From positions 12,687 through 76,686 of the forward strand of contig JAFQUP010000118.1 in assembly GCA_017408405.1 (NCBI GenBank): a stretch of 64,000 nt of DNA. The letters run 5' to 3'. A program made the position numbers and the translations under genes. Positions 37,661 to 47,788 of this stretch are shown here, one piece after another. Within the stretch, counting starts at the first letter, position 1; each line of letters starts with the position of its first letter. The stretch is from Thermoguttaceae bacterium (GTDB taxonomy: Bacteria; Planctomycetota; Planctomycetia; Pirellulales; Thermoguttaceae). The notes under the pieces are model-generated. The model did no database searches. It was not told the origin of the DNA and saw only the letters and a list, made by a program, of their open reading frames with translations.

Positions 37661-38131
37661 TTAATCAATTTTGTCAACGATGAGCGTTACGCCCTGAACC
37701 TCTTTAACGACAATGATTTGTTCCGGAGCGAAATTTTCACCAGTCGCGGACTTCGCGGACCAATTCATCCCGTTAACCTTCACACGGCCTGCCGTTCTCA
37801 AATTGTCAATCTCTTCCAGAACAATTCCATTCATCCCAACGATGGAATCCACATTCGTGGTTGTCTCCTTAATCCGAAAACTTCGAATCATCATGGGACG
37901 CAGCAAAAGGAACGCAATCGCGGAAACGACCGTAAAAAGAATCACCTGAATCCAAAATGACGCTCCGCATAAAGCCGCGATAAAAGCAACGGCTCCCCCC
38001 AGAATAAACCAAAGAGAGACGAGCGCGGCGGTAGCAGCTTCGACAATCATGAAAAAGAGAACGAGAGAAGCCCAAAAAATCAGAAGGCTGACATACGGCA
38101 TATCATTAAAAAACTGCGTAATCGAATCCAT
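37661..38131 (-). CDS. NfeD-family membrane protein (partner of the SPFH protein)
   Basis: Three or four TM helices and a C-terminal OB-like segment (GRVKVNGMNWSAKS). It sits immediately upstream of the SPFH gene. Confidence 0.85.
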   Translation of the reverse strand: MDSITQFFNDMPYVSLLIFWASLVLFFMIVEAATAALVSLWFILGGAVAFIAALCGASFWIQVILFTVVSAIAFLLLRPMMIRSFRIKETTTNVDSIVGMNGIVLEEIDNLRTAGRVKVNGMNWSAKSATGENFAPEQIIVVKEVQGVTLIVDKID

Positions 38132-38174
38132 GAATTTCTCCTTTTATCGTGATACTTTTTTAAGCTCTCCTTTT

Positions 38175-38203
38175 ATTTTAACGAATGAACTGAAAAAAAA
38201 CAA
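38175..38203 (-). promoter_or_regulatory. sigma-70-type promoter candidate of the nfeD-SPFH operon
   Basis: Minus strand reads TTGTTT (38198-38203), 17-nt spacer, TAAAAT (38175-38180). Confidence 0.5.
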
Positions 38204-38234
38204 GGTCCTCCCTGGAAATATTTTCAAAATTTCA

Positions 38235-38273
38235 CAAAATAAAAGAGGCACCGCCTCCACAGACAGTGCCTCT
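38235..38273 (-). terminator. intrinsic terminator after the 636-aa gene
   Basis: On the minus strand, an AGAGGCAC / GTGCCTCT stem followed by TTTTATTTT. Confidence 0.7.
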
Positions 38274-38295
38274 CAATCCAAAAGAAGCTTCGTGA

Positions 38296-40206
38296 CTATT
38301 TAGCCATTTTTTCCTTGGACATCATGATTCCCTGGAAAATGTATCCGCCCTTCGTTTTGAAAATATATCCTCCGGAAGGAAGGAAGTATTTACGCACTTC
38401 CTCAAATTCAGGCATTTCGGAAGTGTTAATCTGATAATTTCCATTTTCATCTTCCGTGCTTTTGCGAATGAGCTTTCCGAATTCGGAGGAATAGGTCGCG
38501 GCACTATCATCAAGTGTTCCGGCTTTAATCATTTCATAGGTATGTTCACGGACCTTCTCACTATTGACGAAACAGAGAGACAGCATCTTCTCCTTGCCAG
38601 CCATCGCGGCAAGTTCTTTCACAACCTTCTGATAAACCGGAAGAGTGGCCAAGGAAGCCGCGTTCATTCGCTCCGCTTTCAGAATAAAATCAATAAATTC
38701 CGGCTCAGAAGCGACCAAAAGATAATCATTCCAAACCGTAATGGTCATTTCAGGAAAACGTTTTCCCTGAACTTTGGAACTCGCGTCGCCTTCTTCCTGC
38801 TCCTCATTCACGTACTTCCAGCGAATATCATCTCCATTTTCGAGAACCTCAAAAGAAGGTTCTTCATTCAGAAGAGCGGCAAGATTCTTCTGGATGGCGG
38901 CAGCGTCTTTAACCGGAATGGCGATGAGCCGGCGTTCACCGTCAATCGCCTTGGCGTCATGATTATGCATGAGATAAATGACTTTATTTTCCAGAAGGGA
39001 CGCAATGTCTTCACGTAAATCAACTTTTGGACCATACGGGTCGTTTTTGAAACCGTCAAGAACATCTTCCCAAACCGTGTCGCCGCCCTCGCCAAAGAAC
39101 TGATTCACCAACGGACCAAGATTATCGAAAACATCAAGAATGTTCAAATTGTGAATCTGAACCGAACCGCAGTCCGCCGGAATCCACGAAGGAAGTTTTT
39201 TATCAGCGGTCGAATCAAACGAAAGCATTTTAAGCGAATCTTTCGGTTCCTCCGGAATACTGAGGAAAATACGCTGCGTCATGTCGAAATCCTGATGACA
39301 GAGAGTGAAAACGCCGCCAATCGCCTCAACTCCGTCAAAACCCGCGTTCGCGCAAAGTTTGGCATAGTCTTTCGACTTGGCGTATTCCGGATCGTTTTTA
39401 ATTTTAATCAAACGCTGAACCTGCGCGTAACGCATCGGATCGCAGTACCAAATAATATCCGGCAGCTGGTCATCGACAATCGTATTGTTGAGAATGTCGA
39501 GATAGGGATCCATCTCCGAAAAAGACGCCAGCGTCTGGCCCGGACGATTCGTCAGGATATTCAGGCGCGTCAGAACATCTTTTACGATTTCCGGCTTGTC
39601 TGAAACAAGCAGCAGCTCGCCAGTCAAAATATAGTACGCTTTGTGCCGTGAACCATCTTCCGGATCGACAATATTCAAAATATGAATTTCAGCGTCCTTA
39701 ACCCGGTTTTTCTGATGCGTGCCGCCATTCTCACGAACACGTTTGGCAATTTTGGTCAAAACCGCCTGGGTTTCGTAATGTTTGTCACCCACGTTAATGA
39801 CTACCGCGAATCCGTACCGCTGTGCGTCAAGCAGAAGAAGCGCGGCTGAAACTTCGGAACTGGCAATCTGAATAATATCATTCAGCGTCAGTCCAAGCAT
39901 ATTCTCAACAGGTGTGAATTTCAAGGTAATCTGTTCCTCAAAACTCTTAAAAAACGCTTCCATATCCGGACGATCATGGAGCTGGCCCAACGTGGTTTTT
40001 TTCCAGGTTTCCTGAAGAACGTCAATATCACGAATTGAAACGTAAGCACAGGTCGACTGCGGCAAAAGCAGATCGGCCGTTATGAGCATCTTATCTTCAC
40101 CAGTCTGTGCTGAACAGATATTCTTCGTGAATAAACCGGTTCCTAAAAGCAAAAGCGCAATACTCAGAAGGCTCCAAACTTTATGGTTGGAAACAGATGA
40201 TTTCAT
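38296..40206 (-). CDS. secreted hypothetical protein (636 aa)
   Basis: Signal peptide MKSSVSNHKVWSLLSIALLLLGTGLF..AQT and an AAGGA ribosome-binding site. No family recognised. Confidence 0.75.
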   Translation of the reverse strand: MKSSVSNHKVWSLLSIALLLLGTGLFTKNICSAQTGEDKMLITADLLLPQSTCAYVSIRDIDVLQETWKKTTLGQLHDRPDMEAFFKSFEEQITLKFTPVENMLGLTLNDIIQIASSEVSAALLLLDAQRYGFAVVINVGDKHYETQAVLTKIAKRVRENGGTHQKNRVKDAEIHILNIVDPEDGSRHKAYYILTGELLLVSDKPEIVKDVLTRLNILTNRPGQTLASFSEMDPYLDILNNTIVDDQLPDIIWYCDPMRYAQVQRLIKIKNDPEYAKSKDYAKLCANAGFDGVEAIGGVFTLCHQDFDMTQRIFLSIPEEPKDSLKMLSFDSTADKKLPSWIPADCGSVQIHNLNILDVFDNLGPLVNQFFGEGGDTVWEDVLDGFKNDPYGPKVDLREDIASLLENKVIYLMHNHDAKAIDGERRLIAIPVKDAAAIQKNLAALLNEEPSFEVLENGDDIRWKYVNEEQEEGDASSKVQGKRFPEMTITVWNDYLLVASEPEFIDFILKAERMNAASLATLPVYQKVVKELAAMAGKEKMLSLCFVNSEKVREHTYEMIKAGTLDDSAATYSSEFGKLIRKSTEDENGNYQINTSEMPEFEEVRKYFLPSGGYIFKTKGGYIFQGIMMSKEKMAK

Positions 40207-40667
40207 GTTTTATCCTTTGCGTATCTTAATGAAAAATTTCGGTCAATTTCCGATTCACGTCCCACCCTTACCAAAACTCCCGCTCAAAATAACCGACAAA
40301 AATTCACTGTCGAGAAAGGAAGCTCTCAAAAGGCGATACAAAATCTGACGTTTATTCATTTTAGCATTTTCAATCCTTTTCCCATAGGGGAATTTATTAA
40401 AATTTTCCTAAAAAAGTAAAAATATTTTCTTTTTTTCACCTCAAAATCCTTTTTCTCGATCACATTAAAATAAGATGGGAAGTCCTGAGGAAATAGCCAT
40501 TCTGCTTAAGCCGCGCGCTTCATGCGACTCACCATGCGTAATTATTCGGTTTTTCCAGTAAATTTTCACAAATCCAGGTTTTTATTCGAATAAACAACAA
40601 AAAAACGCGCCGTTCCGAAAAACAACGCGTTCGTAATCTCATTTTCAAAAAGACACGGTCTTAATGA

Positions 40668-41963
40668 TCAGATCGTGCGGTTTCCAGTTCCCGGCAGCGG
40701 AACGAGGTATTCACCCTTTTCGTTCGGCATGGTCGGCGCGTCAGCATCGACAGCGTAGGTAGCCGGAGCGAGGTTCATTCCGGAGTTCATCAGCTCATCC
40801 CACTTGATGCGCTTGCCCGTGTAGCAGACTTCGCGGCCAAGGATAGCGAGCATGGTACTGTACGCGCCCGTGACGCCGTCATTGCGTTTTTCGCCGTTAC
40901 GGATCGATTTGAACATGTACTTGTGCTCGTTCGTGTACATATCGCACGGCTTGCCGCGGTACTTCCAGATGACTTCTCCCTTGGAATTCCAGATGGTGTT
41001 CTTCAGGATGCTGGCGTAACCAGTCGTGCCGATGAAATCATCGTTCGTGTCATTGAAGCAGCCGCTCTGCTGACGGCAGAAGGCATGGCATTTGATGCCG
41101 TTTTCCCATTCGTAGGTAACGCCCATCATGTCGTAGATGTCGCCGTAAGCCGGCTGTTCGATACGGACCGCACGGCCGCCGACGCCCCAGGCCTGGACCG
41201 GGGGTTTGTCGCCCATGACCCACATGGCTTTGTCGAGAGAGTGGACGTGCTGTTCGACGTTGAAGTCGCCGGAGAGCCAGCAGAAATTGTACCAGTTGCG
41301 GTTCTGGAACATCATTTCCGTGTCGTTCGGCTGACGGGCACGGGTCCAGAGTTTACCGGTGAGGTAGGTTTCCTGGATCGCGCGGATCTCACCGATCGCG
41401 CCGTCCATCACGCGGGCCATCGTTTCCTGGACGGCCGTGTGGTAGCGCCAGCAGAGACCGCAGACGAGGGTGAGGCCTTTTTCTTCGCCGATCTTGGCGC
41501 TTTCCAGAACACTGCGGACACCCGCGGGATCCACGGCGACCGGTTTTTCAAAGAAGGCGTGTTTGCCGGCATCGACCGCGGCGCGGAGATGGATCGGACG
41601 ATAGTGCGGGGTGGAGCAAAGAAGGACGACGTCGCACTTCTCAATGACCGCTTTGTAGGCGTCGAAACCGCTGAAGAGGCAATCATCGGTAAGCGGAGCG
41701 CGATCGCCGAAAGTATCTTTCAGACCCGCGGCGCAAGCCTTGACGCGATCTTCAAAAAGGTCGCCAAGAGCCACGATCTGGGTGTTCGGATCCGCGTTCA
41801 GCGCGTTATGCGCAGCACCAGTACCACGTCCGCCGCAGCCGACGAGACCGACTTTGATGATGTCGGAACCCTGAGCATGGGCAGAACGGGCAATGGAAAG
41901 ACCATTGACGGCAAGACCGGCAACCGCGCCAGCCTTAACGAAATCACGGCGGGAAATAGACAT
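40668..41963 (-). CDS. Gfo/Idh/MocA-family oxidoreductase with Tat signal
   Basis: MSISRRDFVKAGAVAGLAVNGLSIARSAHA, GLVGCGGRGTG and FFEKPVA. AAGGAG ribosome-binding site. Visibly G/C-rich codon usage. Confidence 0.92.
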   Translation of the reverse strand: MSISRRDFVKAGAVAGLAVNGLSIARSAHAQGSDIIKVGLVGCGGRGTGAAHNALNADPNTQIVALGDLFEDRVKACAAGLKDTFGDRAPLTDDCLFSGFDAYKAVIEKCDVVLLCSTPHYRPIHLRAAVDAGKHAFFEKPVAVDPAGVRSVLESAKIGEEKGLTLVCGLCWRYHTAVQETMARVMDGAIGEIRAIQETYLTGKLWTRARQPNDTEMMFQNRNWYNFCWLSGDFNVEQHVHSLDKAMWVMGDKPPVQAWGVGGRAVRIEQPAYGDIYDMMGVTYEWENGIKCHAFCRQQSGCFNDTNDDFIGTTGYASILKNTIWNSKGEVIWKYRGKPCDMYTNEHKYMFKSIRNGEKRNDGVTGAYSTMLAILGREVCYTGKRIKWDELMNSGMNLAPATYAVDADAPTMPNEKGEYLVPLPGTGNRTI

Positions 41964-42017
41964 GAAATATTCTCCTTAAAAAAATGTGGGGGATCAAATC
42001 ATAAACAATTTTCTCTT

Positions 42018-42046
42018 ATTGTACCCGCTGAATCACTTTTCCGCAA
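42018..42046 (-). promoter_or_regulatory. sigma-70-type promoter of the 40668-41963 gene
   Basis: Minus strand reads TTGCGG (42041-42046), 17-nt spacer, TACAAT (42018-42023). Confidence 0.55.
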
Positions 42047-42718
42047 GTATCCCCCCGTACTTTTCAGGAAAATTTTCCAAAAAAGTTTCAGCGCGAATCT
42101 CCAAAAACTCCTTCAGAAATGAAAATCTCCCCTCCCGGACAGACTGCCCTTTTCCCAAACGCGCCTGCTTTGAAGATTCCGAACTTCACTCACGGGCTGC
42201 CGCGGAGCATTCGCCATCTTCCAAGAACTTCTGTTTTCGCGGTCTATCGCCAATTCCCAAAGAGATACTCCTGAAAAAACGCCGTTCTCCGAAAGTCAGA
42301 AGAAAATACGCGCTATTGAGACAGAAAAAGACGAAATACTAATTAAACAAGGGGCAAGAATTTACCCCCCAGGAACACTAACCAGCAACTAAACAGGATA
42401 AAGCCCTAACGCGATGTGGAAAGAAGGGAATTCCTGAAAAGACTTTTTCAGTTGCTTTGGACGGCGCGAAAAGTCTTGAAGGCTAGACGGCACAAATAGA
42501 CACCTGGAGGCTCCCCCAATGGGCTTCCCCTTTCTTATCCACAAAGCTATGATAAGCTATCGACATTTTTTTGTTAAGTCATGAGTCGGAATTTCCCTGG
42601 GGATCCTTGGCATTTACGGAGGGACGCGGGACAAATTAAATCTTTCCATGTCCTTCGCGAAAACGCTGCGCTTTTGCGCGTTAGTAGCCGGTGCCGCGTG
42701 TTCAGAAAAACGCGCGGC

Positions 42719-43609
42719 TTACGCACCGCGTCTTTTTGAGAGATATTCTGCCAGGGCTTTGTCGAAAGGCATCCCAGTGTCCAGCGGGAGATAATCCGCT
42801 CCGATTTTCGCGCATTCTTCCGCGAGCCGATTCCTGAAATCTCTGATTTGGCGCAGGTACTCATTCCGAAAACCGTCAGAATCAACTCGAAGCGTTTCCT
42901 GCGTTTCAGGTTCTTCCAGCAAAAGAGGACCTTCAAATGGAAAGTTTACTTCGGCTTCATCCAGCAAATGGAGAAGAAGGATGTCGTGGCCCGCGAATTT
43001 CAGCCGCCGCAGAGCTTCCAGAACAGGCTCTTCTTCCGTAAGCAGATCACTGATAATCATGACGAGCGACTGATGACGCAGCATGGCGGCAGTCTGGTGC
43101 AGCGCTTTGGCAATGTCCGTTTTTCCGGTCGGCGTCATTCCTGAAAGCAGAGAAAGAATGGCGGAGAGCTGCGAAGGTCTCGTTCCGGGCTTGATGCAGC
43201 GGCTGATGTTTTCTCCAAAAGTAAGAAGTCCCACCGGGTCCCTTTGGTGAATCATCAGATACGCCAAGGCAGCGGCAAGACAGACCGCGTAGTCAAACTT
43301 GGTAATATCCTGTCGGAAAGTATAGTTCATTGAGGCGCTCTGGTCAATGAGCAAGTATCCCGTAAGATTGGTTTCAGACTCAAATTTGCGTACGTAGTAT
43401 TTATCCGTTTTAGCGTAAACGAGCCAGTCGATGTCTTTGGGATCGTCTCCCGGAGCATATCGATGATGTTCACTGAATTCGACGGAAAACCCCTGAAACG
43501 GACTGGAGTGAAGCCCGTGCAGGAACCCTTTCACAATGAATTTGGCACGAAGATCAAGACGCTTTATTCGCGCAATGACTTCCGGTTTCAGATAATTTTC
43601 AGACGGCAT
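42719..43609 (-). CDS. DUF58 domain protein
   Basis: Start moved to the ATG at 43609 (AGGAG 7 nt upstream). Contains FQGFSVEFSEHHRYAPGDDPKDIDW, the DUF58 signature region. Confidence 0.88.
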   Translation of the reverse strand: MPSENYLKPEVIARIKRLDLRAKFIVKGFLHGLHSSPFQGFSVEFSEHHRYAPGDDPKDIDWLVYAKTDKYYVRKFESETNLTGYLLIDQSASMNYTFRQDITKFDYAVCLAAALAYLMIHQRDPVGLLTFGENISRCIKPGTRPSQLSAILSLLSGMTPTGKTDIAKALHQTAAMLRHQSLVMIISDLLTEEEPVLEALRRLKFAGHDILLLHLLDEAEVNFPFEGPLLLEEPETQETLRVDSDGFRNEYLRQIRDFRNRLAEECAKIGADYLPLDTGMPFDKALAEYLSKRRGA

Positions 43610-43721
43610 CAGACGTCTCCTGAAAATGTTCTTTGAGTCCAAATTGAATTTGCCGTCCCCCTTCCAGTTGTCCCGTTGGTTCGGCAACGAATGTCATTCA
43701 TGAAATTACCGGTCCGAACAT

Positions 43722-45386
43722 TTAAATGGTTCTTCGAATTCCCGTGAGGCAAATATCGTCCGCGTGCGGCACTTTTCCGACAAATTTCTGAATGTCGCGG
43801 ATTAAAGCCATTCCCTGCTCCTCAATATTGAGATAAGGTTTTCTCCAGCAGTTGAGAATTCTTTCCATTCCAAACATGACCCCCTCCGCGTTGACACCGT
43901 CAGTAGCACCATCCGTGAAGAAGAAAAGTGATTCACCAGGTTTCAGGCGTATTTTATTTGAGATGAACGTTGAATCAGGCAGTACTCCCACCGGAAACCC
44001 TCTTTGCGTCTGAACGATTTCAAGCGAGCCGTCCGGTCGGCACAGAACAGGCGGAAGATGCCCCGCGTTGACCAGCTCAATGTCATGAGTACGCGGATCC
44101 AGAATACCCGCGATGACAGTGACAAAACGGTCTTCCCACCGCTCATCACAAAACGTATTGTTCAAAGCGAACATGGCATCAGTCACCGAAGGATGCATCG
44201 CCAGAAGATAACGGGCTTCCGCGGACATTTTCGCCATAAGCAGCGAAGCGGAGATTCCTTTTCCCGACACGTCACCCAAAATAACGGCCAATCTCCCATC
44301 CTGAAGCGGGACATAATCAAAATAGTCCCCTCCCAGCTGGCGCGCGGGCGAGTAGTAGTCAAAAAATTCATATCCGTTGACAATTGGTTTCATGGCTGGG
44401 AGCAGCCCCTGCTGAACTTTGTGCGCGACTCTTAATTCGCGTTTTAAAGATTCCTCAGCCATGAGATGTTCCATTAACTGCGCGTTACGAACGGCAAACG
44501 TAGCCTGATTCGCGACACTCGCGAGAATTTCCAGATCAGAAGCGGTGAATTGCCGCATGGTCGTAGCCGCGTCAATCTGAAGAACACCAATCGCGTCCCC
44601 ATTAATTCCAAGCAGCGGAGCGCACATCATTGAACGTATCGGCGAATGTGAAATGCTTTGAGCCATGTCAAACCTTGAATCCGTCGCGGCATCCGCGGAG
44701 AGAATTGCCTGTCCGCTTGAAATGACGTTTTGGAGAATGGTTCGACTGAGACGCACTTCCTCATTATTCGGATTTCTCTGTTTAAGAGCTTTCGGGACAA
44801 GCCTGTCGGAATTTCGATCACGCAAAACGATAATACCGCGGTCTGCCTGCGGGAAAATGTCAAAGAGACTCTCAAGAATTCTCGCTAAAACCTCTTCCAG
44901 TTTGACCGCTTCTCCCAAATGACGTCCAATTTCAATGAGCGCGTGAAGTTTTACCTCAGGATTGACCGAGTTTTGACCAAGCTGATTCTTTTGTTTCAGC
45001 ATGTCAAATGTCGCCATATACGAAGATTGATCCCCCACGCCAATGTCGGAGATTCGTGCCTGAAAATCCTCAATTTCGTCTCGATCGTGTTCGTGCCCAT
45101 CCGAATAATAATACATTACGACACTGCATACCTGAATTCTGTCTCGATTATTAAGTTTCGTAGGCACTGTCACCGGTCGATTATTCAGCAAAGTTCCATT
45201 TCTGCTTTTGAGATCTTCGAGAAAATAATCGTTTCCCATCCGGTAAATCCGCACATGCTTTCTGCTCACAGCCGCGATTTCCAGCTGAATTTCACAGTCG
45301 TGTCCCCGTCCAAGAATATATTCGTTTTCCTTAAGCGAAAAAGTTTTTCCCGGAGACAGTCCTTTAATCAAGCGCAAAAGTGCCAT
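43722..45386 (-). CDS. FHA + GAF + PP2C/SpoIIE-type serine phosphatase
   Basis: The FHA domain shows ILGRGHDCEIQL..VSRKHVRI..DLKSRNGTLLN. A GAF-like middle section follows. The SpoIIE domain shows GGDYFDYVPL..LGDVSGKGISASLLMA. Confidence 0.9.
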   Translation of the reverse strand: MALLRLIKGLSPGKTFSLKENEYILGRGHDCEIQLEIAAVSRKHVRIYRMGNDYFLEDLKSRNGTLLNNRPVTVPTKLNNRDRIQVCSVVMYYYSDGHEHDRDEIEDFQARISDIGVGDQSSYMATFDMLKQKNQLGQNSVNPEVKLHALIEIGRHLGEAVKLEEVLARILESLFDIFPQADRGIIVLRDRNSDRLVPKALKQRNPNNEEVRLSRTILQNVISSGQAILSADAATDSRFDMAQSISHSPIRSMMCAPLLGINGDAIGVLQIDAATTMRQFTASDLEILASVANQATFAVRNAQLMEHLMAEESLKRELRVAHKVQQGLLPAMKPIVNGYEFFDYYSPARQLGGDYFDYVPLQDGRLAVILGDVSGKGISASLLMAKMSAEARYLLAMHPSVTDAMFALNNTFCDERWEDRFVTVIAGILDPRTHDIELVNAGHLPPVLCRPDGSLEIVQTQRGFPVGVLPDSTFISNKIRLKPGESLFFFTDGATDGVNAEGVMFGMERILNCWRKPYLNIEEQGMALIRDIQKFVGKVPHADDICLTGIRRTI

Positions 45387-45432
45387 GTGCGTTCCTTTTC
45401 GATAAAATTAAAATAATTCAGGATAATTTTAA

Positions 45433-45461
45433 ACTATAGACTTTTCCTGTTAAAATGTCAA
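45433..45461 (-). promoter_or_regulatory. sigma-70-type promoter of the FHA-GAF-PP2C gene
   Basis: Minus strand reads TTGACA (45456-45461), 17-nt spacer, TATAGT (45433-45438). Confidence 0.6.
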
Positions 45462-45562
45462 GGAGAAAATCACAAAAAAATAAAAAAAATCCCAATAGAC
45501 GCTCCATTTGCCATCCTGAAACACCTGGGAAATTTGGAAGAATGTCCAGCCTGATAGAAACG

Positions 45563-47788
45563 TTATGGAATTTCTTCAGATCTCTGAATTAAAAATTGAA
45601 TACTTTTCCTGAAAAATCCATCTTTTACCGAAGAAGTACCCTGCTTCTTCGCCTCGTTCTCGTCCCCGCCTTTTTCGTTCTCTTCCGCCATCATTTCTTC
45701 TCGAATGGATTTTGTTGGGACAATTCTTGAATTTTTGATAGAAACCGCTCCGTTCCTTCTCTCTCTTGCCTTGGAATGAAGCCGAAGGTTTGAATCGTAA
45801 AGCGGTGAAAAACTCCGAATCCGTGTCGTGTTTTCAGTATCCAACGCTCCTTCCGGATTTCGTGACCAATCCAATGACAGAAAAAAATTCGGCAGAGAAA
45901 TATTCAAATTTGAGTTTTTCGAACGCGCCTGGAAAACCTTTTCCGATTGCCAGTACGCGCAAACTTGACGAAAACAGAGATCGTCACCAGGAAACTGAAT
46001 CCTTCGCGCGGCCTTTCCTGATTCTTCCATGGAAAGACTTTGACGCGAATACTTTTCGATTTCGTTAAGCGCATTTTTAAGGTCCATCTCCGAAAGAAGA
46101 AGCTCCTTCAGAAACTTCGTTTCCTCCTGTCGATTACGCATTTCTCTTTGAATATCTTCTTTCTGGAGACTGAAAAAAATAGAGTCTTCACTCCAGATTT
46201 GCTGCGGTGGCTGCCTGAATCCATTCAAAAAACGGCCATGGAAGAAGTTTTGAGAAAACGGCCTTATTCCTGAGGCGGAAACTTCCTGTCTTCCGGGATC
46301 AACGGAGATTTTTAAGGAAATCGTTGGATTTTTTTCATTTTCCGTTCTCATCGATAAAAAAGCGGTTTCCGTTAATTCTTTCTCTATTTCCGACGCGGAA
46401 TTTTCTGAGATTGGACTTTGGTAATCTTTTCCCGTTAATTCCAGACCATTCGTCAGCAGGTCTGTTTCACTCTGAATTTCAGAAACCTCAAAACCATTTT
46501 GGCGAATAAGCGATTCCTTTCTGGGTTCAGAAGCAGCCTGGATATTCTCATTTTTTTGTTTTTCGTTTCCAGAAATACTTTCATCAGGAAGCGTTTTTTC
46601 TTTCACCGACAATTCCCGCGATGTCTGCGAAGCGGTTAACGCGCTTTCAGTGTCTTTCACGGAGACGGTATGTTTTTCAGATAACGCGGCGGTTTCCGAT
46701 AACGCGTTTTCAGTGTCGGATTTTGAGTCAAGTTCCATTCCGTCTTTTTCCGGATTCCTCCGCGCAATTGCGGAAAAAGCGTCTTCACGTTCGTGAATGG
46801 AAGAGGCGGGCGGAATGACCACAAGACGTTTGGCACGGACCGAACTCCGATAAATACCGCTCTGATAGTCCTGACGGCTCGTTCCATAGTCAAGAAGTTC
46901 CGTCGATATGTCTTGAAGAGGCTTTCCCGCTAAATCCTTTTCGTGAGTAATTTGAGTCACGACATGTCCCGGTACGGAAAGAGAAGCGACGACTTCAGAA
47001 TTGGATACGTACGCGGGATAAACGGTCTCCTGCGAATATTGGAAGACATTGAGAACTTTGCCGCAAATAGAGAGCTGAAAATTCAGGGAAGTCACGTTTT
47101 GCCGGAGCGTCTGAAGGATTTTTTCCCCGGAAGAATCGAAAAAGGTTCTTTCTTTTCGTAAAAGATAAGGAGCCGTCGTCTCATTAATCCAGAAAGTCGT
47201 TTCCTGTTTTCCAGAACCGGAACACGAACGGAACTTTACGACGCGGCATTTCAGCGGAATACCGTCAATTTCCAACGTTTCCGCGGACAATTCTTTTACT
47301 GAGATTTTTTCATCAGGTGACAGCCCCCAAAAGTTTGTGCAACTCGTTTTCGGCTCATTCGGGATGGTTTTTCCTGCCAGAAGAATCACAGATTCCGTGA
47401 CGGTAGAGCAGGAAAAGTCATTTTTTTCGCGCAGAGTGGCACACGTCTCCATGACTGTCTGATTTGAGGAGCTGTTTTTCCGCCGATTTTCAATGATCGT
47501 TTTTGAAAAATTCCAAGCTCCAACCTCGCACATCCCCCATGGGTGAAACTCTTTTGGCAAATGAATATTCAAAGCTGCGAGAGAAGATTCCCATGATGAG
47601 TCCGAAGAATCATCAACAGCAGTAACACGATGAGACGAATCCCCGGAAGAAGCGGAAAACGCAGCCGTTTTCGCAAACAGACAAAAAACGGCTAAAAAAA
47701 CGGCAACACGCCCCCAAAAACGGAATGTTTTGGAGTGCGAACTGTGTTCAGAAATGGAAGGAACAAGTATTTTGTCCTGCCGGCGCAT
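45563..47788 (-). CDS. signal-anchored hypothetical protein (741 aa)
   Basis: Long ORF with an N-terminal hydrophobic segment (VAVFLAVFCLFAKTAAF) and a Ser/Glu-rich central region. No family recognised. Confidence 0.75.
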   Translation of the reverse strand: MRRQDKILVPSISEHSSHSKTFRFWGRVAVFLAVFCLFAKTAAFSASSGDSSHRVTAVDDSSDSSWESSLAALNIHLPKEFHPWGMCEVGAWNFSKTIIENRRKNSSSNQTVMETCATLREKNDFSCSTVTESVILLAGKTIPNEPKTSCTNFWGLSPDEKISVKELSAETLEIDGIPLKCRVVKFRSCSGSGKQETTFWINETTAPYLLRKERTFFDSSGEKILQTLRQNVTSLNFQLSICGKVLNVFQYSQETVYPAYVSNSEVVASLSVPGHVVTQITHEKDLAGKPLQDISTELLDYGTSRQDYQSGIYRSSVRAKRLVVIPPASSIHEREDAFSAIARRNPEKDGMELDSKSDTENALSETAALSEKHTVSVKDTESALTASQTSRELSVKEKTLPDESISGNEKQKNENIQAASEPRKESLIRQNGFEVSEIQSETDLLTNGLELTGKDYQSPISENSASEIEKELTETAFLSMRTENEKNPTISLKISVDPGRQEVSASGIRPFSQNFFHGRFLNGFRQPPQQIWSEDSIFFSLQKEDIQREMRNRQEETKFLKELLLSEMDLKNALNEIEKYSRQSLSMEESGKAARRIQFPGDDLCFRQVCAYWQSEKVFQARSKNSNLNISLPNFFLSLDWSRNPEGALDTENTTRIRSFSPLYDSNLRLHSKARERRNGAVSIKNSRIVPTKSIREEMMAEENEKGGDENEAKKQGTSSVKDGFFRKSIQFLIQRSEEIP

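Noticed and set aside
40923-42122. 399-codon plus-strand ORF
   Set aside because: It is antisense to the well-supported Tat-signal oxidoreductase gene, and its product is Arg/Ala/Gly-rich nonsense.
42574-42936. 120-codon minus-strand ORF
   Set aside because: It starts inside the 3' end of the DUF58 gene in another frame. It has no ribosome-binding site and an Arg/Lys-rich nonsense product.
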